A stretch of DNA of 64,000 nt from assembly GCF_006345805.1 (NCBI RefSeq), contig NC_042998.1, forward strand, positions 168,082,001 through 168,146,000, in the 5' to 3' direction. Below, piece by piece: positions 37,890 through 49,374 of this stretch. Made by a program: the position numbers and the translations under genes. This DNA is from Octopus sinensis. Taxonomy: Eukaryota. The notes beneath the pieces are model-generated. The model did not search any database, was not told the DNA's origin, and saw only the letters and a list, made by a program, of their open reading frames with translations. The stretch's first letter is position 1, and each line of letters starts with the position of its first letter.

Positions 37890-38374
37890 TATATGCTTCA
37901 ATACACGAACTGACATAAAGAATCTTGCAAACCAAATCCCAAAACGAAATAAATATGTGCGTTAACTATTCAATATGTGGTATTTTGGTTATCGCATTTG
38001 CAGTCTTAAGTCCAAATTAACAATTATTACGGAATTCTCCCTGCGATAGATTAAGTAAACAAGGAGAGAAATTTTCATTAGGTTTCTATTCATATCTACT
38101 ACCGATTCATCCCTCCGCGAAAATAATAAATATAGAAGATTATTATTAGCTAATTTAAACAATAAATCTTTTTATACCAGCTAATTTAAATAGATAAAAG
38201 AGTTGTTGTATTGAAGATGTAATTGTTTATATATCTTTTGTTGCAGTTATACGTAGAAGACTTAGATACTTAATTATATGCACTTACATACACACGTATC
38301 TTATTGTTGTATGTTGTGGTGACAATCGACTGTCTTGGACGTGAAGGAGTTTCAATTGGTATGTGTTTGAGATG

Positions 38375-38666
38375 GGATCTTTACCTGTTGACCGGCAGAT
38401 TTAGAAAATAAATTTTTGTAACTAAACACTTTCAAACTTCGTATACTGGTAGATGGTGTCATATAAAACATCTTTTACTCTTAGCGTTTTTGAGAAAACT
38501 TTATATTTACGATGTTATTTCGTGTTAAGGTTGTCGTATTTCGGTAATTTCAACCAATCAATGACTTGTATTCAGCTGAATAAAATTACTGCTGTTGTTT
38601 ATCAACAACAACTTCCGGCGGTATATATTTCGTTTGTCACTGATATTTATGACAAGGTAAAGATCC
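38375..38666. mobile_element. Merlin-like MITE
   Basis: Perfect 12-bp TIR GGATCTTTACCT and 8-bp TSD TTGAGATG at 38367-38374 and 38667-38674. Confidence 0.8.
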
Positions 38667-39078
38667 TTGAGATGTAATGAAGTGAATTTCGATGGTTGCG
38701 GATTGCACTCGCTTGATTGTAGCGTCCGTTAAAGTGCTTTTGTTGCTTTTTAATTGTAATTGATGTATGAGTGAATAGTTAACGCTCACGCTCATACACA
38801 TAGACATTTGAATTAATTTTTACAATCCAGCCGACCTTTCAAACGGAATATCGTCTTTTCTTAAACCATGACCCAGAAGTGACTTTATATATAATGGAAC
38901 TGAGATTATGTGTATCAGAAAAAATATATATAAGTCGAAACAATTTGTTGACCTTTTATGGTTTTTATAATTATTTATGTTATATAATATTATGTTATAT
39001 TCATAGTGTTTAATGTAATATTGTAATATAAATAAATTATTGGATTCTCAATAGTATTTCTCTATATTTAATTTATAT

Positions 39079-39134
<56 letters not shown>

Positions 39135-39287
39135 TTGTGTTGTGTGTGTATATGTATATATATACATATTTATATGTATATAAATATGTATTATATATTA
39201 TATATGTATATGTATGTGTGTGTGTGTATATATTTATATGTGTATGTAAATATATATATATGTGTGTGTATATATACATATACATAT

Positions 39288-39343
<56 letters not shown>

Positions 39344-39599
39344 TACATACATATATATACATATATAAACCGTCAAAGTACGTTCACTGCCTATGACTAC
39401 CTGACGTCATCCATGGTGGTGATACAATTGTCGTTGGATCTACATCGGGAATTCTAACCTAGATCCAAGGCTAAATAACATCAACAGGGTATTTTTGCAT
39501 GCATGTGTGTACATGTGCAGTACTTGGAGTCAGTGTATTGAGGATTTGCATTCTTTGTTTCATGTATGTATTCTCATGCACATAGTTCCATGTCTAGAC

Positions 39600-39903
39600 A
39601 TGCGCATATATACTTAAATGATTAACTTCTGGAAACTTTTACAAATTTTTACAGCTCCAGTGATGACTTGGATTTGTAGACTTCAAACCAGCTTCCTCCT
39701 TTCTTGTTTTGAGGAGTCTAAATTCTCAAGATCGGTTCTTAGGCAGTGCTCCAATAATTACAGTTATAAACTTGAACTTTTAATCTGGTTAGTGTAGCTG
39801 CAGATTTCTCAATAGTTCAGCGTAGGCATTTTCTTTTTCACGGATCTTAAGTCTTATATATAACATCCGCTAGGCAGCTAATTCCCACTACTGTACAGTT
39901 TCT

Positions 39904-39905
<2 letters not shown>
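39600..39905 (-). mobile_element. R4/Dong-like (restriction-like endonuclease) LINE C-terminal remnant
   Basis: EKENAYAELLRNLQL..FKFITVIIGAL resembles the C-terminus of REL-type LINEs. Confidence 0.55.
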
Positions 39906-39960
<55 letters not shown>

Positions 39961-39964
39961 TGCC

Positions 39965-40013
<49 letters not shown>

Positions 40014-40044
40014 TTTGTCTGTCTGTCTGTTTGTATATATACAT

Positions 40045-40274
40045 AAGGCGGCGAGCTGGCAGAAACGTTAGCACGCCGGGCGAAATGTTTTGTGGTATTT
40101 CGTCCGCCGTTACGTTCTGAATTCAAATTCCGCCCAAGTCGACTTTGCCTTTCATCCTTTCGGGGTCGATAAATTAAGCACCAATTACGCACTGGGGTCG
40201 ATATAATCGACTTAATCCGTTTGTCTGTCCTTGTTTGTCCCCTCTGTGTTTAGCCCCTTGTGGGTAGTAAAGAC

Positions 40275-40275
<1 letters not shown>
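40045..40275 (+). mobile_element. SINE family C, full length
   Basis: aaggcggcgagctggcagaaacgttagc..gtagtaaaga. Confidence 0.9.
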
Positions 40276-40305
<30 letters not shown>

Positions 40306-41119
40306 TGTATGTATGTATGTATGTATGCATGTATGTACGCATGCATGTATGTATGTATGTATGTATGTATGTATGTATGTATGTATGTATGTAGGCACGT
40401 ATGTATGTACGTATAAGGCTGCTGATGAGCACAAGCTATTTAGGCGTTGGAAAGAATGTCTTCCGATATTTTCTCTGACTGTCCGCTCTGATTATAGACC
40501 ATGCATGATTCGAATTCATCTCTCATTTATTCAGGTTCGATAAAATCAAAGTAACACTTACAGAGTGGATATAAATAGAATTGGTAGAGTGTGGCACGGT
40601 ATGCTTTGTAATATGTCTTCCTGCTCTTTACATTCTGACCACGGTGCCTGAGATGGTAATGGTGCGAAGGTCATTAATGGTCTTCACTTACTTGGAAAGC
40701 GTTGGTGACGTGGAGATGTGCAACTTGCATGCATCATGGGCAACAACATGTATTCCACAAGTAAGGAAAAAGAAAAAAAGAAAGAAAATACAATCTTCCC
40801 AGGCCTGCACCTTGGAGAGTGACTATCCAGGTGCAAATAGTGAGACCAACATAGAAAACAAAAGGCCATTGAAATGCATATATATATAAATAATATATAA
40901 ATATATGCATATATACATACATATATGCACATACCTACATCTACATGTATATACACACGCATATATAGGTACAGGATATAAAAAAAAACGTTGAACAATG
41001 AGAAACGAAAACATAAAAACACAAAACATGAAAAACCATATATGTATGTATATATGCATATATTTATATATTATTTATATTATTATATGCTCGAACACCA
41101 CGCATCATTTTCCAAGTAA

Positions 41120-41220
<101 letters not shown>

Positions 41221-42609
41221 CATACATATATATACACACACAAACACATAAATATAGATAGACACGTATATATATATATATATACTGTGTGTGTGTATTT
41301 ACATGCATATATATATATATGTATGTATATACGCATATATACATATCTATGCACACACACACACATATATGTACGTATGTATGTATGTATGTATGTATAA
41401 GTGTACGTATACTTACATATATAAAGTAATATGCATGCATATTAATTCATATATGAGCATCTATGCATGCATAACTAATCAGGTATAAAGTCTTTGTGTA
41501 AACACGAACACGCACACGCACATTGGGGTCTACCTTGAGGGCGTGTAATAACAGAGTTAGTGTTGTACATATACACACGCTCGAGCGTAAACACACACAC
41601 ACACACACACACACCACATACACATACACACACACACATGCAAATACTCACACCCATACAGGGGAATATTTAGTTTCACATATATGACTCTGTGTGTGCG
41701 TGTGTGTGTGTATATACGTTCATATAATATTCAGAAAATAATAGACGCATGCATAACAAACAAAATATGCGTTTGTGTATAAACAGAGGGAACATTTATT
41801 AAAACGAAAGAAGGAAAAAATACTACATGAAAAATATTAGGTTTAAACAATGGGCGAAATAGATTTGGTCGAAGTTTTGGGCAACGGCGCCACAACGCAG
41901 TATATAATACAGCTGCAATGGTTATAGGACTCGATTCTTACTGTGGTAAGGCTAGCAGTGACCTCAGCTGTGACTTATCTGCCACAGCGCAGCGTCCGGA
42001 GTCCCTGTTTGCAGAAGGGTATTCAGTAAACAAAAGAAGGAATCAAATCTCTTTGCTCTTTACCTCCCCTCTTCCTTCCTTCTTTCCTTCCCCCCCTTCC
42101 CAAGCTCTCTCCCTCTCTCTCTCTCTCTCTCTTTCTTTTTCTCTCTCTCCCTCTCTCTCTTTCTGTCACCTCCACCCCAGCTGCGGGTGGTGTGGAAACG
42201 GCAACGTCTTTAAACAAAGAAAGCAACTCGACTCTCTTCAACAGTCTGGTGTTTTTGTCGTTGTTTGTTGTGGTGATGGTGGTGGTGGTGGTGGTCGTCG
42301 TCGTGGTGGTGGTGGTGGTGGTTGAGTCGTGTGTGAGGGAAGATATTTCTAGTAGTAGTGGTAGTTTTCGTTGTATCAAGTGTGATGCTGGTTTGGATGT
42401 TATGGTGTTTTCTCATCAGGGTCAATGATCGTGATTAATTATTTCGGCCTGTAAAGTCTGCAGCTGATATATCATTTCAAATGATGGAGTATTGATTACC
42501 CGAATATGAGCAGTGGTTTTGTTATTGGTGTTGTTGTTGTTGTTGTTGGCAAGAAGGACGTGCAAATATAAGTGCACATTTATTATTAGTCGTTTTATTA
42601 GTCGTTTTT

Positions 42610-43410
42610 CAAGGCTGGCAGAATCGTCACCACGCCGGACAAAACGCTTCGCGGCATTTCGTCCGCCTTTACATTCTGAGTTCAATTCCACCATGGCTGA
42701 CTTTGTCTTTCATCCCTTTCGAGATTGATGAAGTAAGTACCAGTTGAGTTCTGGGGTCGATGTAATCGATTACCTCCTCCCTCAATCTCAGGCCCTCAAC
42801 TATTGAGAAGAAAGGATTATTAGAAAATGTGCATGTTTTTAGTGATATTTCTAAATAATATTACTTTCCCCCCACCTTTCTTTCTTGATATTTTTGCATT
42901 GATTTTATTACTCTTATTAATTAAGGCGGCGAGTTGACAGAAACGTTAGCACGCCGGGCGAAATGCGTAGCCGTATTTCGTCTGCCGCTACGCTCTGAGT
43001 TCAAATTCTGCCGAGGTCTACTTTGCCTTTCATCTTTTCGAGGTCGATTAAATAAGTACCAGTTACGCACTGGGGGTCGACATAATCGACTTAATCCGTT
43101 TGTCTGTCCTTGTTTGTCATCTCTGTGTTTAGCCCCTGTGGGTAGTAAAGAAATAGGTATTTCTTCTGCCGCTACGTTCTGAGTTCAAATTCCGTCGAGG
43201 TCGACTTTACCTTTCATCCTTTCGGGGTCAATAAATTAAGTACCAGTTGCCTATTGGAGTCAATCTAATCGACTTTCCCCCTCCCCCAAAATTTCGGGCC
43301 TTGTGCCTGGAGAAGAAAAGTATTACTGTTATTAATTTTAATTACTTTTATTTAATTATATTCCTCGAAGTTCCATGTTCAAATCCCACCGGATTCAAGT
43401 TTGTTGGTAT
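42610..43410 (+). mobile_element. Cluster of three to four SINE family C copies
   Basis: 42610-42830, 42923-43160, 43160-43320 and a decayed piece at 43365-43405. Confidence 0.85.
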
Positions 43411-44299
43411 GTATTTGTACAAGCTTCACCGACTGTTTCACTCCTTTCTCAAACTTGTAGCATTATCTACGGAAACGTATTTATAATCGAAACAATTTTG
43501 GTAAAGTTTTAGTTTAGAAGTCCCATACTTCACGAGGAAAGAAATGGTTCTTTTTCTTTTTTCCTCCTTTTTCTTTCATTTTTTTTAGTACTCCTGTTTC
43601 AAGCAATGGAAATAAAGATTCTCACTTTTTAAAAAAATTTACATGCATTTTTTTCTTTGCCATTATTTTCGCACTCTTCTCCTTACCCGTGAGTAACGAA
43701 CCGTTTTCTTCCGGATCTCCATCACAAGTTTGTTTTTTTCTGCGAAGTGGTTCTGAAATGATGCACCGCATGAGGAATCTAGAGGTGCAGCAGATTCTTT
43801 AAAGATATAATTTAAGGGCCTTAATATCATTACTAATACCTAAGTGTCCTGAAAAATATTTTATTCGTAATGTCATATACAAACATGATTAACAAAAGAT
43901 TACACACTAGTTTTCTGTAATTCTTTTTCTTAATTTTTAGCTATAAAACAAGTATGGCGATGTATACTTCCCTAATGAAATCATAACAATACAGAAACAT
44001 GTACAGAGTTGTTTCCCGTATTTGCCGTGCTATGTAATGAAAGTAATAAAAGTCATTTGATTTCATTTTTTTAATTTGTTCCATTAATCAGATATTTCTA
44101 TATTAGCTGTTTGGCTTCAGACTTTCGTCGAGGTCACATCATTCCGTCTCTTAAAAGTATAGAGGTTATCACCCGTGAAAGAAAGCTACATTTTTCTTTT
44201 AAACTAGTTGTTCTCAATCTTTTTGACTTCGTGGCACACAAAGTAATGAAACAATTATTGGCACACTACGCATGTAAAACTGAAAAAGAAAATTAAATA

Positions 44300-45385
44300 C
44301 GCTTTGAAGTTAACATTTAGGAAGAATATATATATTTCAATGATGTTACTTCTTTATTTTATTAATCATATTTGTGAATTTTTCCATCCTTTTCAGATTT
44401 GAAGGTTTGTCCATTCAATGAAATTTAAAGAGACCGAAACAAATGGAAGTCTTCTGGTGCAAGATCGGGCGAATATGTAGAGTGCTGCAAAATTCCAGCG
44501 AAGCCCCAGTAATATCTACCGCATTTGCAAAGAGGTTTGCGATCTGGCACTGTCGTAATGAAAGACAATTCCCTTACGATTAGCAATTACTGGATGCTTC
44601 TTATGAATCACTGCGTTTATTTTGTCCAGCAGGTCACAGTCTACATCCGAATTGATGGTCCTGTCCGTGGGAAGGAGCGGGTAAAAGAACAACAACTTTC
44701 CAATTCCACCAAATTGAAATCATAACCTTTCTCGTGTGAGTCCTGCTTTTAGGTTGCTTGTGATGTTTCGCCGCGCTTCCCTCACGATCGTCTCCGCTTC
44801 ACATTGTTTTTATGGACGATCTAGTTTTCGTTTCCTGTCACCATTCTCTTCAAAAAAGGATAGTTTTATTCACGTTTCTGCAACGAATCACTGATGGAAA
44901 TCCGTTGGACGAGGTTGGCTTCTTTCAATTGATGTGGGATCCATCTGCAATCACCGTGGTCGTTTAAAAGGGGTTGCTGTCGACTAGTTCATTTTATTGC
45001 TGTTTATCTCAGTTGGTCGGCCAGAGCTAGGTGCGTCTTTAACGGAAAAATTTCCCGATTGAACACCCAATAACCATTTCTGACACATAGGTTCCGTATC
45101 AGCATTCTCTCCGTACTTAGCACGTATCTTTCTGCAGGTTTCTACCGCTTTCTTGCCTTTTTTAAAGTTAAAAAAGCATGAAGTGTCGCTAAAGTTCGTT
45201 TAGGTTGTCCATTTTCAGAGTGACCCCAAGCACACCTGTTTCGTCGACAAGTTCGCGTCGAGCTACGTTGAAGAACCGAGCACTAACGAGTGCGTATGCA
45301 CAACGGACAGACTGAAGTTAACTACTTATTAGAATGCTTCGTGTTTAGTGTCGACAAAAAGCAAACGAACTTTTTGATCAACCTA

Positions 45386-45386
<1 letters not shown>
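44300..45386 (-). mobile_element. Heavily decayed mariner (DD34D-type)
   Basis: WIPHQL, MVTGNE and HYDSARSQTSL motifs; 5' TIR ttaggttgatcaaaaagttcg with TA at 45387-45388; ATG at 45212. Confidence 0.75.
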
Positions 45387-45454
<68 letters not shown>

Positions 45455-45468
45455 CGTGTGTGTGTGTA

Positions 45469-46754
45469 TTAGGTTGACAACTAAGATAGCGCCATTTTGT
45501 TTTTTAATTTTGGAATTTATTGCGTTCTTAAATTTTGGATATATTTTTTTCGAGAATTCTATTTTTGAATCATTTTAGAATCTATTTTGCTTTTTTTCTA
45601 GTTAATTTTAGTTAATTTTTGTTTCTTTTCATATCATTAAAATGGATTGTCACGTTAAGAAAAACGAGCATTTTGACACCTCCTTCTTTTTGCTTTTAAT
45701 CAAGGTTCTAAGGTCACAAAAGCTGCTCGCAACATTTATGCTGTGTATGGAGAGGGTGCCATAGCTGAAAGAACCGCTCGTGATTGGTATGCTAAATTTA
45801 AAAATGGAAATTTTGACCTAAAAGAATCACCTCGTTCTGGTCTTCCAGTTGTGCTCGATGAAGAGCGATTAAACCAAATTTTGCACGAAAATTCTCATCA
45901 AATGACAAGGAAACTAGCAGAGAAAATGGAATGCTCCCACACTGCTATAGAGAAGCATCTTCACTCGATGGGAAAGGTTCAGAAGTATGGAGCATGACTC
46001 CCGCATGCTTTAAGTGACAACAACAAAAATCAACGAGTCAAGATCTCCGCTGGTTTGCTTGCTCGTTACCGCTCAACTCATGGACACAAGGAACGATCTC
46101 GTTACCGAATCGTTACTGACGACGAAAAATGGTGCTTGTATATCAATATGAAGCAGCGTAAGGAATAACTTAGCCCTGGTAAACAAGCGACACTGCACGT
46201 GAAACAAGATCTTCATCCGCGTAAAACAATGTTGTGCGTATGGTGGGACTGGGATGGGATTATCCATTACGAATTGCTTGAACGGAACCAAACGGTCAAC
46301 GTGGAACTATATGTTCAACAGATGGAACGATTCAACACGGTTATTCCAGAGAAAATACCTAATCGTCAGCATGAAGTTCTTCTGCACGACAATGCCCGCA
46401 CTCATATCGCCAATATGACCAAGGAAGCCATTCAAACGCATGGCTGGGAAGTGCTGCCACACCCATCGTACTCTCCTGATTTGGTACCAACGGATTTCCA
46501 CCTCTTTCGATCTCTTTCAAATGCTACGCGCGGAGATTCGTTCAATACGGATGCAGAATTGAGAGCTTGGTTGGATCAATTTTTCGTGTCGAAGTCGGGT
46601 GATATCTACCAACGAGGTATTGAAAATCCTGTTGAACGTTGGGAAGAAGTTGTAAACAACAAGGGTGAATACATTATTGATTAATTAGCTGTTATTTTTT
46701 ATTAAACCTTTCAAAAAATTTAAATAAACGGCGGGAACTTAGTTACCAACCCAA
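45469..46754 (+). mobile_element. Full-length mariner, 1286 bp, both TIRs and TA TSD
   Basis: ttaggttgacaactaagatagcgcc versus reverse complement ttgggttggtaactaagttcccgcc; TA on both sides. Confidence 0.92.
45642..46684 (+). pseudogene. mariner DD34D transposase pseudogene
   Basis: IVTDDEKW, LHDNARTH and YSPDLVPTD (D34D); one early frameshift and two apparent Trp-to-stop changes. Confidence 0.92.
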
Positions 46755-46835
46755 TACATATAAATTGAAGTCATAATATATGGAGAATTTCCAGCGGTTA
46801 AATAAATTTATCGTGCGATATGTCTCTCGTTAATT

Positions 46836-47174
46836 CTGAGACCCTCTTCGGTCACGACACTGACCATGGGATTGCACCTAGAAAGTTACCCTCCCAAGCA
46901 CAAGTCCGGTCAAGGTTGTTTATGGAAGACCAGCAATCGCCCATGCATACCGGCCTCCCCTCTCCACGCCACCAGTGTTATCCAAGGGAAATGCAACAGC
47001 CGATACAGCTTGGCACCAGTGATGTCGCAACTCATTTCTATAACTGAGTGAACTGGAGCAACGTGAAGTGAAGTGTCTTGCTCTAGAACACAACACGCAG
47101 CCCGATCCGGTATTCGAGCTCACAACCTCAAGATCGAAAGCTCGACGCTCTAACCACTGAGTCATGCGCCTTCA
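46836..47174 (-). mobile_element. Full-length SINE family B with 10-bp TSD
   Basis: TSD ctcgttaatt at 46826-46835 and 47175-47184. Confidence 0.9.
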
Positions 47175-47376
47175 CTCGTTAATTATAACTTTAAATATAT
47201 ATATATAAATCCCATTTATCTTTATTTCTGAAAACTTGCCCAAGGTGCCACGCAGTAGAATTGAACCCGGGGCCATATGGTTGGGAAAATAAGCTTCTTA
47301 CCACACGGCCACGCCTGCGTCTTTAAGCATGCTTCTTTGACTTTTTTTTAATATTTAGATTTTTATATTAATTATT

Positions 47377-47407
<31 letters not shown>

Positions 47408-47794
47408 TTTTCGAGTACACCTATGCGGTCGGGTCCGATTCTTTTGTTGCTGTTTTAGGTGGTGCTGGTGGTAGAGGCGACGATAACAATGCAGTAAAGG
47501 AGGTAAACGTATTTACTTACAAAATAGGTTAACGTAAAAAAAAAAGTTACGCACGACAGGAGTGTTTTCCTCCTTTTTTTTATGTAAAACTGTTACACAA
47601 GTCAATAACCCTTTCCCCTACACCCACCCCCGCCATACACCTGCAGAACTAATTCTCCGACTCACATAGTTGTACTTAAAAAAATGACATAGGAAACGCG
47701 TAGATATAAATACATAAAGAAACCCATTTACTTCATATAGCTTGCATATTTCTATACATATATCTATTATGCAGTGAGCACGTTTGTGCACAAA

Positions 47795-48185
47795 CTTGTT
47801 TTAGTCATTTAACTGCGGCCATGCTGGAGTACCGCCTTTAGTCGAACAAATCGACCCCAGGATTTATTCTTTGTAAGCCTAGTACTTATTCTGTCGGTCT
47901 CTATAGCCGAATCGCTAAGTTACAAGGACGTAAACACACCAACATCGATTGTCAAGCGACGGTGGCGGGAACAGACACAGACATACACAACTCACACACA
48001 CACACTTACATATATATATAAACGGCGGGCTTCTTTCAGTTTCCGTCTACTAAATCCACTCACAAGGTTTTGGTCGGCCTGTGGCTATAGTAGAAGACAC
48101 TAGCCCAAGGTGCCATGCTGTCAGACTGAACACGGAACCATGGATTTTGGAAGCAAGCTTCTTACCTCACAGCTACGCTGCGCCT
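47795..48185 (-). mobile_element. SINE family D
   Basis: Antisense match; another head fragment at 47232-47322. Confidence 0.85.
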
Positions 48186-48194
48186 ATACATACA

Positions 48195-48229
<35 letters not shown>

Positions 48230-48283
48230 GTATACACCACACACACACACACACACATATATGTATATATATATATATATATG

Positions 48284-48380
<97 letters not shown>

Positions 48381-48388
48381 ATATAAAA

Positions 48389-48695
48389 TCAATGTTCTTC
48401 AACCGAGGTCCATGTGGCCGCTGAGGCTCCATATACGAATTTTTGGGTGCACACAACAAGATAATAAATTGGGGTTCCACAATAGTATGTTGGGACCCCT
48501 GAAAATGTTTTGCTGTTGTTGTATTAGTATATATTGCCAGAAACTGCTAGGTTTCTTTCTCTAATATTTTACTTAGTTCAACCTATACAGGTTAATATCT
48601 AAAACAAAATAGGAATTTTGAAAAAGTTTCTATGAAACTAGTTTTTAAACATTATATGGCTATAGGAGTCAACCAGAATTAATAATCAAAGGGGT

Positions 48696-48697
<2 letters not shown>
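48389..48697 (+). mobile_element. hAT/Charlie-like MITE fragment
   Basis: ttcaaccgaggtccat..ggggtccata; a related 3' end ggttgagaaccactg lies at about 15598-15613. Confidence 0.45.
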
Positions 48698-48734
<37 letters not shown>

Positions 48735-48871
48735 TATATGTAAACAGTAAAAAATAAATACAAACTGGGACAAGAACGTGAAACACCAAGGAGACGACAC
48801 AAGAACCACAGGACGGGACATTCGAAGCCCTCAGTCATCAGTCAAGAACCAGATCATCTTCGCAATTTCGG

Positions 48872-48910
<39 letters not shown>

Positions 48911-48913
<3 letters not shown>

Positions 48914-49310
48914 CACAGGAGTGGCTATGTGGTAAATAGCTTACTTACCAACCACATGGTTCCGGGTTCAGTCCCACTGCATGGCACCTTGGGCAAGTGT
49001 TTTCTACTATAGCCTCGAGCAGACCAAAGCCTTGTGAGTGAATTTAGTTGACGGAAACTGAAAGAAGCCCGTCATATATAAATATATGTATATGTTTGTG
49101 TATCTGTGTTTGTGCCCCCACCCCGCCCCATCGCTTGACAACCGATATTGGTGTGTTTACGTCTCCGTAACTTAGCTGTTCGTAATATAGACCGATGAAA
49201 TAAGTACTAGGCTCACAAAGAATAAGTCCTGGGGTAGATTTGTTCGTCCAAAAACAGTGATCCAGCATGGCCGCAGTCAAATAACTGAAATAAATAAATG
49301 AATAAAAGAA
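48911..49310 (+). mobile_element. SINE family D, full length
   Basis: Head and tail match. Confidence 0.88.
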
Positions 49311-49312
49311 TA

Positions 49313-49374
<62 letters not shown>

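Noticed and set aside
40562-40647. Minus-strand exon candidate APWSECKEQEDILQSIPC (TSP1-like WSEC)
   Set aside because: Lacks the rest of the TSP1 pattern and has no partner exon; such short frames are expected by chance.
43371-43406. 36-nt phase 1-1 exon VPCSNPTGFKFVG
   Set aside because: The sequence is a decayed SINE-C B-box region (gttcaaattccgccgaggtc).
47459-47502. Exon candidate GGAGGRGDDNNAVKE with good splice signals
   Set aside because: Low-complexity GGT/GCT sequence; its only phase partner proved to be SINE-derived.
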